Shown: positions 1-9,202, numbered from the stretch's first letter. The stretch: 35,750 nt of DNA from Pseudobdellovibrionaceae bacterium (GCA_039810425.1 JBDHWW010000032.1:1-35750), one strand, 5' to 3'. Numbers and translations are program-made. Notes: a model not told the origin generated them from the letters alone.

Positions 1-95
1 TTGGAAACTTAGGAATGATCAAAAACTCAGTGTGGAATCAGGTCCTTTGTCTAGCAAACTTGTGGGTAATAGTAAGATCTTTGGAAGGGGAGGGA

Positions 96-995
96 CTATT
101 GAACTTTGCGCATTTTTTTTATAAGACTCAGATTGTGATAAAGGGCATAGAGGGCCAAGTGTAAGCTTAGTCTCTCTGGAAGCTTGGTTGTGCACCAGGT
201 TCTACGGAACAGCCGATTCATGTTGGCCCTAGCCATGGCAAAGGAATGATTTAGGCTAAAAAGTGGATCATATCCTCCGGCTTTGAGCTCTCCCTGTCCG
301 ACGACGCAACCTCTTCGTCCTTTGTAGGCAACATGCCTAGAGTGGGGGAAGTGTCTTTTGAGATCTCCACCATAATGGGGGTTCTGATCGGACTCAAATA
401 AAGCTGTGTCTTCGGCACTCGCTTTAAGTTCTTGAAAGAGCGCCCTTCGGGCCTGGGGGCGCTCATCTTTACGAGGACCGTACTTTTTCCGAGCGACTTT
501 GGCGAGTAGGCCTTTAGCTGGCATTCTAGCAACTTGAAAGCCCAAGATCCTTCGTGAGCCCTCTTCAACGGCGATGATGACAGAAAGCGGTTTACACTTG
601 GTGTGTTCAAAAGTCTCTAGGTCATCAAATTGCACTGAGGTGGATTTAGGGTAAAGCCCATTGGTTTTAAGTAAATAATCATAAGCATATCTGCCTAAAA
701 ACAAGAATTTCCTGACCACGGTTTTACGATTTACTCGTAAGACTTGAGCAAGGCGTCTTTGCGATAGTCCACTGACGTAGAGTTCATATAAGGGGCCGTT
801 GAGATGGCGTTTTTTCTGGTAGTAACAACGACTCAGTTTGGCTTCTGAGAAGGTTTTTTTACACTGCCGGCAGCGATAGCGTTGAAGACGTTTTTGATCA
901 CTTTGGCGGGTAAAAAATCCGAAACACACAACAGAGTTCGGAGACTCGGCCGGATCTTTGGTGTGGGAAGTGCAATATGGACAATGAAGCTGCAT
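96..995 (-). mobile_element. IS1/IS1595-like transposase (Zn-ribbon + HTH + DD-N catalytic domain), no terminal IRs seen
   Basis: N-terminal CPYC...RYRCRQCKKTFS zinc ribbon; HTH-like GLSQRRLAQVLRVNRKTV; QFDDLETF and ESDQNPHY carry the two catalytic Asp; C-terminal NHSFAMAR...RLFRRTWCTTK resembles the IS1 'ERxNxxLR...RL.R....SK' block. Start moved from 1031 to ATG 995 because the sigma54 promoter overlaps 1009-1024. Confidence 0.75.
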
Positions 996-1008
996 GAAGC
1001 ATGGCAAG

Positions 1009-1024
1009 AGCAAGACTCCTGCCA
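1009..1024 (-). promoter_or_regulatory. sigma54 (RpoN) -24/-12 promoter upstream of the transposase
   Basis: Minus strand reads TGGCAGGAGTCTTGCT: exact GG-N10-GC spacing and close to the TGGCAC-N5-TTGCW consensus; intergenic and oriented toward ATG 995. Confidence 0.7.
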
Positions 1025-1046
1025 GCAACATTTAAAGGGGCCAGTT

Positions 1047-1742
1047 TTAGAAGTAATTCGAAAGACCCACTCTGAGTGCCAACCCAGTTGAAGTAATGCT
1101 GGAACTGCTGATGGTGATTTTGTCGTAGTCATAGCCGAGGTCGCCGCGAAGGGCCATCGTATTGGAAAGGCCGAACCACTTTGCGCTCAGGCCTGCAAAC
1201 AGGCCGATGACGTTGCCGCCAGTGCCACTTTTAGGCGAGTAGGTGCCGTAGCTTCCTTCAACGGTGGCCGCGTAGATTGTCGATTCGCCGCTGCGGTTCG
1301 GGCCAAAGTTGTAATCAAAAAATCCGCCCACTCCGACGCTGCTGTAGTGCAGAGCTTGATAGTCCGAATCAACGCTACGGTAAATGAGAAGCGGACCAGC
1401 TTCGTAATGCCCGAGGTTCCAGCCAAAGCGCGCCAGTAAATTCATATCCGAACTGCCCGAACTGATGCTGGCACTCGTCGTGCCGGTATTGATACTTGTG
1501 GTGTCCGTGCCGGAACGAAAACCGAAGCTGCCACCAATGATATGGTCCCGGGTGCCGCTGGCTCCACCACCGCCACTACTGCGGGATGAGCCTCCATCGA
1601 TGTTGTAAGTGCGACCTTGAGAGAGGATGCCGCCTGAGAATTCGACGATGGCCTTGTTCCCCTTTATTTTTTGGACGGTGATTTGCTGGCCAAGGGCGGT
1701 CGAAGACATCAAAAGTGATGCCAATAAAAATGCTTTTTTCAT
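1047..1742 (-). CDS. small outer-membrane beta-barrel protein with N-terminal domain and Gly/Ser linker
   Basis: Signal peptide MKKAFLLASLLMSSTALG; GGAGGT RBS before ATG 1742; alternating amphipathic strands; C-terminal GLSNYF (terminal Phe beta-signal). Confidence 0.75.
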   Translation of the reverse strand: MKKAFLLASLLMSSTALGQQITVQKIKGNKAIVEFSGGILSQGRTYNIDGGSSRSSGGGGASGTRDHIIGGSFGFRSGTDTTSINTGTTSASISSGSSDMNLLARFGWNLGHYEAGPLLIYRSVDSDYQALHYSSVGVGGFFDYNFGPNRSGESTIYAATVEGSYGTYSPKSGTGGNVIGLFAGLSAKWFGLSNTMALRGDLGYDYDKITISSSSITSTGLALRVGLSNYF

Positions 1743-1845
1743 GGGGACCTCCACCTGCCGCCAGACTGGGCTCTCTATAAAGTGTTTCAATCTGAGATTA
1801 GAATGTCAACAGACGTAAACAACAGCCATAGGCCGTGAAAACACC

Positions 1846-1873
1846 TCAAGAAAACCCGAAAACAAGACGAAAA
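1846..1873 (+). promoter_or_regulatory. putative sigma28 (FliA)-type promoter for the HD-GYP gene
   Basis: TCAA(G)-N16-GACGAAAA versus consensus TAAA-N15-GCCGATAA; imperfect and one base long. Confidence 0.35.
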
Positions 1874-1895
1874 GAAGGTTGTGGGGAGGCCTCCT

Positions 1896-2543
1896 ATGTC
1901 TTCGTCGTGGGGTGATGTTCCGAGCTGGGCTTATGATGCTGCTCAGGCGCTAATGCAATCTTTGAAAGTCGTTGATCCGGGCACGTACGCCCATTGCCTC
2001 CGTGTTGGCGAAATGGCGCGCAAACTTGCTCGCGATGCCGGTCTCAATGAGTATGAACAGAAGATGGCGGAGTTTGCCGGAATCTTCCACGACATCGGCA
2101 AGATCGGTGTGGATCCGGAAATCATCGGCAAACCCGGAAAACTGGATCCTCGCGAACTTGATATCATGAAAAATCATCCGTGCATGAGCGAACAAATTGT
2201 TCGTCCCCTTGCAACCCATAGTTTTTTCCGTGAACTTTTGGCTCCGATCCGCGGCCACCATGAACGCATGGATGGCGAGGGGTATCCCGACAAACTTATC
2301 GGCGACAAGATCAACGTGCTTGCGCGCGTGATCCTCGTTGTTGATACCTACGATGCGATGTCGCAAACGCGCGCTTATCGCAAAGGCCTTCCAGATGACA
2401 TCGTGTATGCCGAGCTCAAACGCTGCTCGGGTACACAGTTCGACCCGCAGCTTGTTCGTATCTTTTTGCACGCACACCCGACTTGGAATGCGCTTGAAAC
2501 GGACAAGGAAACATTTCATCACCTTATCAGAAAGATTGCCTAA
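1896..2543 (+). CDS. stand-alone HD-GYP cyclic-dinucleotide phosphodiesterase
   Basis: YAHCLRV, FHDIGK, HHERMDGEGYP, DTYDAM and RAYR motifs; GGAGG RBS at 1885-1889 favours ATG 1896. Confidence 0.92.
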   Translation: MSSSWGDVPSWAYDAAQALMQSLKVVDPGTYAHCLRVGEMARKLARDAGLNEYEQKMAEFAGIFHDIGKIGVDPEIIGKPGKLDPRELDIMKNHPCMSEQIVRPLATHSFFRELLAPIRGHHERMDGEGYPDKLIGDKINVLARVILVVDTYDAMSQTRAYRKGLPDDIVYAELKRCSGTQFDPQLVRIFLHAHPTWNALETDKETFHHLIRKIA

Positions 2544-2595
2544 GCTCCGCGGCATTTCGGCAAGAAACAGCGAATCAAACCGAAGATTTGTGGTG

Positions 2596-3393
2596 TTACA
2601 TCTTATTCGTGGACTCGAAAATCTTGTCAGCCGACTTCGCAACGAAACCTTGATAGAGATGACCATTCGCTAACGGATAGCGCTTTGCGAACTCGTAGTA
2701 ACAGCCCGGAATATTGTAGGTGCCATCACTGAACCTCACGGGAATTTCACTCGCCATTGTTGAACTTTGCTCGAGGTAATCAGCCGGAGTGCCTTTCACT
2801 TCGCCGCCAGATTTGTTCAAAACAAAACCTTTTGCGGTGACAAACTTATTGAGGGACAGGATGTCGTTAAACTTTTTCAATGAATTAATGAACACGGTGA
2901 AATGGTTCGGTCTAAAACCGTGGGCCGCCACCCAAGAAGCATATTCACTTTCTTTCGCCATTTTCTCATAAAGCTCATTGCTCATGTTCCAAGGGCGGCC
3001 GGACAAAGTGAAAGCCTCAGAGTTTAAAACAGAATCCGGAATTTGATCCACCAGCTTGTTCACGGTGTCGCGAATGAATGGAGAGACTTTTTCAAGTTCA
3101 AGCTCGCTGATGAAGATCTTCGGCAAAGTCTCGTCACTGTGCTGCCAGTGGCGTGCATAGAGTTTTTTTTCCGTGAAGTGATACTCGTTGTCAGTCATTT
3201 TGTAACCCATCGCTTCGAAGTGTTTCGCCATTTGGCGGATACCCAGGCGCGGGTGATTGAACGTGCGCAAGGCAATATGGTCATTCAAAACCGTTTCGCC
3301 CTCAGCCACAAAAAGATCATGAATCTTCTTCGCGGCCGGATTGAGTTCGCAATAGTCCTTCCACATCATGTCGAGAAGTTTTTGAATAGTCAT
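2596..3393 (-). CDS. DUF1338 family protein (2-oxoadipate dioxygenase/decarboxylase HglS-like, VOC fold)
   Basis: NDHIALRTF, PKIFISEL, ESEYASW...NHFT, LEQSST and YYEFAKRY motifs typical of DUF1338; GGAGA RBS. Confidence 0.85.
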   Translation of the reverse strand: MTIQKLLDMMWKDYCELNPAAKKIHDLFVAEGETVLNDHIALRTFNHPRLGIRQMAKHFEAMGYKMTDNEYHFTEKKLYARHWQHSDETLPKIFISELELEKVSPFIRDTVNKLVDQIPDSVLNSEAFTLSGRPWNMSNELYEKMAKESEYASWVAAHGFRPNHFTVFINSLKKFNDILSLNKFVTAKGFVLNKSGGEVKGTPADYLEQSSTMASEIPVRFSDGTYNIPGCYYEFAKRYPLANGHLYQGFVAKSADKIFESTNKM

Positions 3394-3467
3394 GAAGGTC
3401 TCCTTTGAAAGCTGTGCCTGACTCCAGCTCTTTGACTCTATAAGAAAAAATACACTTTAATCAAGTC

Positions 3468-3934
3468 ATGTTGCCCGAGATACAACAAGTCGAAAAAATC
3501 ATCCGTGAATTGGGTCCTTTAATCCGCTCTGAGGTTTTGACCCACAGAGAAAAAGGGGAGTTACGTTTTCCGACCCACAAGCTGAGTTTTGGCAGTGGGG
3601 ATCCGGCCGCGCCGGCAGCAATCCCAATGGCGTGGACCTTATGTGGACCCAGGGGGATTTATGGGGCTATCTTTACGACCAATACACAGAAAAAGGTCCT
3701 AAAGACGGAGTCTACTTGCCTTTGTGTTTAGAGATGGGATCATGGAGGTAGGTGAAGAAAAATCCACTGCAATTCTTTAATCTGCAAGGTTGTTTTAATC
3801 CGACGAAGGCGCAGCGGATGAAGCGCGTTCGATTCACCCTCAGAGCGGCACTCTCGCCCCCATCGTGGGCCTATCTCTCCGAGGAGCAGCGCCTGAAGCA
3901 GGAATCCCTCCCTAACGACCTTTGGTATGCTTGA
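3468..3934 (+). pseudogene. degraded M14-family zinc carboxypeptidase (DUF2817-like) pseudogene
   Basis: One frame gives MLPEIQQVEK...FGSGDPAAP. From 3617 a different frame gives SNPNGVDLM, then TQGDLWGYLYD...YLPLCLEMGSWR*VKKNPLQFF (TAG at 3749-3751), matching conserved M14 blocks as I recall them. The HxxE zinc motif and central region are absent. Confidence 0.78.
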
Positions 3935-4041
3935 AAATTATGCAGGGATAGGGATGTTTTTTTTCACCGTGTCATACAAGGGCCAATTGAGGGCTTCCGT
4001 GTCCCTTAAGCGGTCGTTTGTAGTTAAGAGGCGTTGACTGA

Positions 4042-5535
4042 ATGGCTGAAATCCGATCTTCTTGCTCTTCTGTGAGGCTGCTGAAAAAGGCATCCCTTAA
4101 GGGGACTAAAAACCGAGGTTCTTTAGCGCTGATAGCATATCTGTCGGTGCTGGTTTCTTTTGCCGGGGCCTCTGCGGCCGATAGCGTGATCCCCTTGCCG
4201 AAACTGACGTCTGAGGTCCTGGTCACTGAAAAAACCAGTCACCGTATTTACGGTCAGCTCCGTCTGGAAGGCATGAAGTACTTTACCGAGCTCCCGGATG
4301 CGCCGAATCTGACCTACAGCCAATTCCTTTCTGGGCAACTCAGTTACGTCGGAGAAACCGCATGGCTTGAGAATGCTGCGGATTTTTCTGCCGGGACGTT
4401 CTTCTCGATGAGTCAATCGCACATTGTGGTGCATGAGCTTTACACCTCTCCGCGCACGGACGGCTATCGCTTCTATGTGGGTCGTAAGAAAAACACCTGG
4501 AGTGAAGCTGATCACGAGTGGAACCTTGGCGTATGGCAACCGTACTTCGAGCTCGATGCGCTTCGTCCTGAGGAACAAGGCCTGACCGGAGTCTTCTTCG
4601 ATGTGAATCGTGATAATTGGCAAGTAATGTTGCTGGCGACGCCGATTTTTATCCCAAGTATCGCCGCCGATGTTCGCGAAGAGAACGGTGGTCTTGTGGC
4701 GGACAGCCGGTGGTACCATGCTCCCAGCCGTGAAGCGGAACTCTTTAACAGCAAGCCGACGCCAATCATATATCAACTCAGCATTCCTGAGACGGCAAAG
4801 CTCGCAGGGCATGGTGGAACGGCGATGTTCACGCGCATCGGGAACAAAGAAAAAGGTTTCTGGGTGGCGGGCAGTGCCGGCTACACACCGGTGAATCAAC
4901 TGTTGTTAAAGCGCAACGTGAAGTACCAAATGACGGATGGTACCGGAGGCGTGATCGTGTCGCCGGATGTGACTTATCACTCGGTGTTCTCTGCGGATAT
5001 GGGTTACACGGTTGGCAACACGCGTGTGGTAGCGTCTTACATCCAGGATAATCCGCAAACGGTGACGCCGGAAATAGACTGGGCGATCCAGCAGTTGAGT
5101 GGTATCCGTGCCTACTCGGCGGGCCTTGAGTGGACGATCCCGAATTTTTTTTCGCGCTCCATCCTCATGCAGCTTTCCTACCTGCGTGTTGACGGTGGGA
5201 ACATCCAGGATATCGGCAGTGACGGCAAACCGGATGATATCAACCTTTACGACCAGCGTTTGAAGTTTACAAATGCAGCTAAGATCAAAGTACAAGGGGA
5301 GCTTGCGCGATTCTACCGCCGCCCATTGGTGACGAAATTCAGTTATCTCTATGACAAAGACCAAAAAGGTTCGATGGTGAACACAGAGTTCCTGTTCTAT
5401 CCAACGCAAGAGTGGGCTCTGGTGATGGGGGCGGATTTCCTTGGCACTGATGATGAGACCTATAAGCCTTCAGGCTTCTTGAATCAATACCGTGCAAACG
5501 ACCGTGTCTACGGGGGTATGACGTATGTTTTCTAA
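4042..5535 (+). CDS. uncharacterised outer-membrane beta-barrel protein (start uncertain, possibly GTG 4072)
   Basis: Signal-like LALIAYLSVLVSFAGASA; many amphipathic aromatic-girdled strands; ends NDRVYGGMTYVF. Confidence 0.75.
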   Translation: MAEIRSSCSSVRLLKKASLKGTKNRGSLALIAYLSVLVSFAGASAADSVIPLPKLTSEVLVTEKTSHRIYGQLRLEGMKYFTELPDAPNLTYSQFLSGQLSYVGETAWLENAADFSAGTFFSMSQSHIVVHELYTSPRTDGYRFYVGRKKNTWSEADHEWNLGVWQPYFELDALRPEEQGLTGVFFDVNRDNWQVMLLATPIFIPSIAADVREENGGLVADSRWYHAPSREAELFNSKPTPIIYQLSIPETAKLAGHGGTAMFTRIGNKEKGFWVAGSAGYTPVNQLLLKRNVKYQMTDGTGGVIVSPDVTYHSVFSADMGYTVGNTRVVASYIQDNPQTVTPEIDWAIQQLSGIRAYSAGLEWTIPNFFSRSILMQLSYLRVDGGNIQDIGSDGKPDDINLYDQRLKFTNAAKIKVQGELARFYRRPLVTKFSYLYDKDQKGSMVNTEFLFYPTQEWALVMGADFLGTDDETYKPSGFLNQYRANDRVYGGMTYVF

Positions 5536-8500
5536 AAAACACCTTTGCTGGCTTTTGAGTTTCGTCCTGGTGACGACCTCGTGCACACCAAAAGTCGGCG
5601 AGGCTCCGCCAGAGACTCCGCAGCAAAAAATCAGCGGCACCCAGTGTTTGTCCAGCCTTCAGCCGGTGATTGAAGCCTTCATGGCCGGAACCGCTTCGGA
5701 TGCGAATGTCTCAGCCGCTTGGGATTGTGCCTTGAATGCGATCATCAAATTTAAAAAATATGTCTATGGCCGTAGTGCGGACCGCTTTGAAGCCACCGAG
5801 CTTGCGGACTTCTTGAAGGCCAACTTTCTTGACGAAAACGCACCCGAGATCACGCCCGAGCTTCGTAACGAAACCATGAGAATCAAACAGCTCTTCTTGG
5901 GGGGCAGTATTGATTACATCACGCGAACAGAGCTAGATAAGATCATCAATATGCTCGATGATCTTAAGAGCATCACTTTGCGTTTGAATCCCTATATGAA
6001 ATTGATCGCGCAGAAGTGGTCCGTGAACACCTCTGCGAATGTCCAAGAGGACATTCGCTACTTTGAAAAAGCCAGTGACGAGATCCAAAATGCCGCGCGC
6101 TCTTTGGCGAACATGATCAAAGAGGATAACCAGTCCTATGAGCTGGATCACTTCGTGGTTTTCTTGCGTGAGTTTTCAAATTTTACCGGCCAAGACTGGC
6201 CGGCAGCAAATGAAATTGAGCGTGGCATGCCGGTCATCAAAAAGGTGAAGAAGGCCATCTCCGGCGGTGATCCGAACTCGATCGGCCCGACTGAGTGGAA
6301 GAGCTTCGTTCTTCTCGGTGCGCGCGGTTATTTACTGTATCTTCGTTATTACTACTTCATAAAATCCGCCTCGGAGACGGGGGCGGGCATCCGCTTGGAC
6401 TACTTGGCTCGGGCTTTGGAAGACCTTTTGGGGGCTTTCCAGGATTTACTTGAACAAAAGCCCGTGGACGCTTCTTGTGGGGCCGCGAAAGTTTCTTGTG
6501 TCACGAAGCAAGAGATCACGGATATCCTGCTGACATTCGCGGATGCCTGGAACGAGTTTCAGGTTTCTGAAAAGCTCATCAACGAGGCTATGAAAATCAA
6601 AAAAGTGGTCCTCGGGGGAACGGACGTCAATATCACAAACCGCGATTTCGAACGCGGTAAAAACAAAGTGGCGGCCTTGAAAACCATCGTTGAAAAGACA
6701 CTACCGTATTATCAGGTCTATAGCACCCAGTGGGATCGCTCGGGCTTTGACTACGGCGCGGCTCAGAATTTTTTTAAAGACGCGGCAAATAACCTGCAAA
6801 ACAGTGCGGGCGATTTGGGAGTTTTGTTCGAAGACTCTTACAGCGTTGATAACCTCGTGGGTTTGCTGGCAGAGATTGATCGCTTGTATCCAAGTGATGA
6901 TCCTACAAAACATCCGGCGCTGGATGTGCAGAAGTACATTCCGCTTGTGAAAGACATCAAGAACATCGTTTTCTCTGAAAATGATACGCTTATTAAAAAA
7001 GCCCAGTGGAGTGATTTCTTAAAATTCTCTGCGCGTTTCTATAGTTCGTATTTGTATCATAGCTACTTCATAAAGGCGGAGCCGTATGGGAGCCCCCGCT
7101 TCCTTGAGGCCTTCAAAACGCTTTCGGATCAAGTTCTGACGGTGACTAAAGACATTGTGCTTAAGAAAAAGAACCAGCTCATTTCAGTGGAGGAAGTGAA
7201 CCTGATTGCGGCACGCCTTGTGGAGCTTGATTTGATTCCTAAAGAAATCACTCCACAATCCATTGATCAAATCGTGAAGGTGGTTTTGAACCGCATTTTG
7301 TGGCCAGCCGAGCTGCGTTTGAAGGGCTCTGTGCCCAACGGCATTACGCCGACGAGCATCGAGAACGTCCGGACCGAGTTGCAGGTCTGGTATGAGACCG
7401 AAGCCTATTTGTACTCCCTCACGGCAACACCGATGAAGCCCGCCGACTTGCAAAGTCAGGTGACTAAAAAATTGAAAGACCCAAAGATCACGACTTACCT
7501 GAAAACAGGCTTGACGGAGCTTTCGATGATGATTGCGGGTGATGTGGCTCAGCCGGTGGATAAAGATGGGCATTTGATTATCTCCAATATTCAAAAGCTT
7601 ACATACAACAATGCGAGTGTCGCGCGTTTGAACTTGAACCGCATTCTGGGCCGGACGCTCATTCGTGCGGCAACGACGAACGTCAGCCGCTTGGAGCGCT
7701 ATGAAGGCATTGAGCTGCCCGAGGCACAGGCGTTGTTTGATCAGGTGAAGCCGGCGATTGTGGCCATGGGGCTTCTTGATGAGAAAAATACGACGTTTAT
7801 TGAGTCTCGTTTCCGCGAGGCGAATATTTTTACGGCTCACAGCAACGGGGACACCTACGTCAATTTCCCCGAGATGACAGACATCGTCGGGATGATTTTG
7901 TCTGGTATCACAGTTAATAACTTATTCCGCAAGGATGTCGAAGAAGCGTGCCTCAGCCCGGCTGGTAAAGCGGCTGAACAGGCCTTCGTGGCGGAGGCCT
8001 GTATTCACAAAGTCTATATTCAGCAGACAGCGGCCTATATGACGGCGACTCCGGAATACGCGAAGTTTTTTAAAAGACTCAGCATGGATGATACCGAAGA
8101 TTTCTTGACGAATATTTTAAAGGCGGCCGGCCATGTTCCAAACAATCAGAACACGGTGAAGCTGATGGATGCCGACCTTGCTCCGCATGTGATTCAGTAC
8201 CTGGAGATGACGATGTCGAAGTACGACACCGATCATGACGGAGAGATCCATCTTGCCGAGGCGAAAAATGCGTTTCCTTCCTTTCAAGGCATTTTGAAAG
8301 AGCTTACGAAGGATCAGAAACTGATCAAAGAAAAAGACCTTTTGGCATTGTTCACGTATATCCTGCACTACGGTCAGCCACCCGGCGGCGCGAAGGACTA
8401 CTTGTTGAAGTGGCTCCCCTGGAAGAATGACCCAAGCAAGTGGACGGTGGCGGCCAATCGCCAGGATCTCGCTGACATTTTGAGTTACATCGCTGACCAA

Positions 8501-8605
8501 GTGGCGAAGGCTAAAAAACAGAATAAGAGTGCCAAAGCTTCTTTGATCACCGATGAAGAAGCGGGCTCGATCCGTCACGACCCAGGCTTCCGCGAAGAAC
8601 CCTAA
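5525..8605 (+). CDS. large (1026 aa) helical putative lipoprotein with ~238-aa internal duplication and EF-hand-like loops
   Basis: Lipobox-like LVTTS-C20; duplicated blocks NETMRIKQLFLGG / NEAMKIKKVVLGG and YYFIK / SYFIK; canonical EF-hand loop DTDHDGEIHLAE at 8225-8260; overlaps the upstream gene by 11 nt. Confidence 0.75.
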   Translation: MFSKKHLCWLLSFVLVTTSCTPKVGEAPPETPQQKISGTQCLSSLQPVIEAFMAGTASDANVSAAWDCALNAIIKFKKYVYGRSADRFEATELADFLKANFLDENAPEITPELRNETMRIKQLFLGGSIDYITRTELDKIINMLDDLKSITLRLNPYMKLIAQKWSVNTSANVQEDIRYFEKASDEIQNAARSLANMIKEDNQSYELDHFVVFLREFSNFTGQDWPAANEIERGMPVIKKVKKAISGGDPNSIGPTEWKSFVLLGARGYLLYLRYYYFIKSASETGAGIRLDYLARALEDLLGAFQDLLEQKPVDASCGAAKVSCVTKQEITDILLTFADAWNEFQVSEKLINEAMKIKKVVLGGTDVNITNRDFERGKNKVAALKTIVEKTLPYYQVYSTQWDRSGFDYGAAQNFFKDAANNLQNSAGDLGVLFEDSYSVDNLVGLLAEIDRLYPSDDPTKHPALDVQKYIPLVKDIKNIVFSENDTLIKKAQWSDFLKFSARFYSSYLYHSYFIKAEPYGSPRFLEAFKTLSDQVLTVTKDIVLKKKNQLISVEEVNLIAARLVELDLIPKEITPQSIDQIVKVVLNRILWPAELRLKGSVPNGITPTSIENVRTELQVWYETEAYLYSLTATPMKPADLQSQVTKKLKDPKITTYLKTGLTELSMMIAGDVAQPVDKDGHLIISNIQKLTYNNASVARLNLNRILGRTLIRAATTNVSRLERYEGIELPEAQALFDQVKPAIVAMGLLDEKNTTFIESRFREANIFTAHSNGDTYVNFPEMTDIVGMILSGITVNNLFRKDVEEACLSPAGKAAEQAFVAEACIHKVYIQQTAAYMTATPEYAKFFKRLSMDDTEDFLTNILKAAGHVPNNQNTVKLMDADLAPHVIQYLEMTMSKYDTDHDGEIHLAEAKNAFPSFQGILKELTKDQKLIKEKDLLALFTYILHYGQPPGGAKDYLLKWLPWKNDPSKWTVAANRQDLADILSYIADQVAKAKKQNKSAKASLITDEEAGSIRHDPGFREEP

Positions 8606-8662
8606 GTACCAGGCTCTAGTAACCATGCCGTGCTTTCTTGTGAATGATATTTGCGATAAAAA

Positions 8663-9199
8663 CTAGAAGCGATTCTTCCACATCATCGACTCGACAGGGA
8701 TGGCCTGCTTGTCGTTGTATTTTGCAGATGGCTTTGCATTGTATGGATTGATGATGTCACCTTTGATCTCGAAATAGATCAACTGACCAATAGGCATTCC
8801 CGCATAGACACGCACGGGTTTTTTAACTGAAATTTCAAGTGTCCAGAAGTTGCAGAAGCCAACATCGCCTTTACCGGCGGTGGCGTGGATGTCGATGCCG
8901 AGACGGCCGACGCTGGATTTACCTTCCAAGAACGGAACGTGCTTGTGGGTTTCTGTGTATTCCTGGGTGACCCCTAAGTAGAAGTTTTCAGGAGTCAGGA
9001 CAAAGCCTTCGTCAGGAATTTCAAAGAGCTCAATCTTATTGTGTTTCTTCGCGTCCAGCACACTGTCGACATAGACCCCGAGAGTTTTACCCAAGTGAAC
9101 ATCGTAAGAGTTCGTGCCTAGGCATTCACGAATGTAAGGCTCAACTTTAATGAGCCCTGCGTTCATGCTCTCCAGAATCTGCTGGTCCGTCAGGATCAT
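8663..9199 (-). CDS. dcd: dCTP deaminase
   Basis: NSYDVHLG, EGKSSVGRLG, AGKGDVGF..TLE and IGQLIYF motifs. Confidence 0.93.
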   Translation of the reverse strand: MILTDQQILESMNAGLIKVEPYIRECLGTNSYDVHLGKTLGVYVDSVLDAKKHNKIELFEIPDEGFVLTPENFYLGVTQEYTETHKHVPFLEGKSSVGRLGIDIHATAGKGDVGFCNFWTLEISVKKPVRVYAGMPIGQLIYFEIKGDIINPYNAKPSAKYNDKQAIPVESMMWKNRF

Positions 9200-9202
9200 G
9201 GA

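Noticed and set aside
65..76. GGTAATAGTAAG resembling an IS1 terminal IR start (GGTAAT)
   Set aside because: No complementary ATTACC-type end between 995 and 1047, so no IR pair can be supported.
74..83. AAGATCTTTG shared with 35241-35250, downstream of both transposases
   Set aside because: Only a 10-mer with non-matching flanks; the second copy is explained by the GT9 promoter spacer.
1950..2666. 238-aa antisense ORF, and similar long shadow ORFs (4123-4899, 7184-7840, 12006-12581, 33541-34179)
   Set aside because: They lie opposite well-supported genes and show no recognisable motifs; typical antisense shadows.
3752..3934. Stand-alone 60-aa gene, or programmed TAG read-through at 3749
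   Set aside because: Better explained as the tail of the M14 pseudogene; the upstream deletions and frameshift argue for decay rather than recoding.
8606..8662. Possible sRNA or bidirectional terminator between convergent genes
   Set aside because: No stable hairpin or recognisable RNA motif found by eye.
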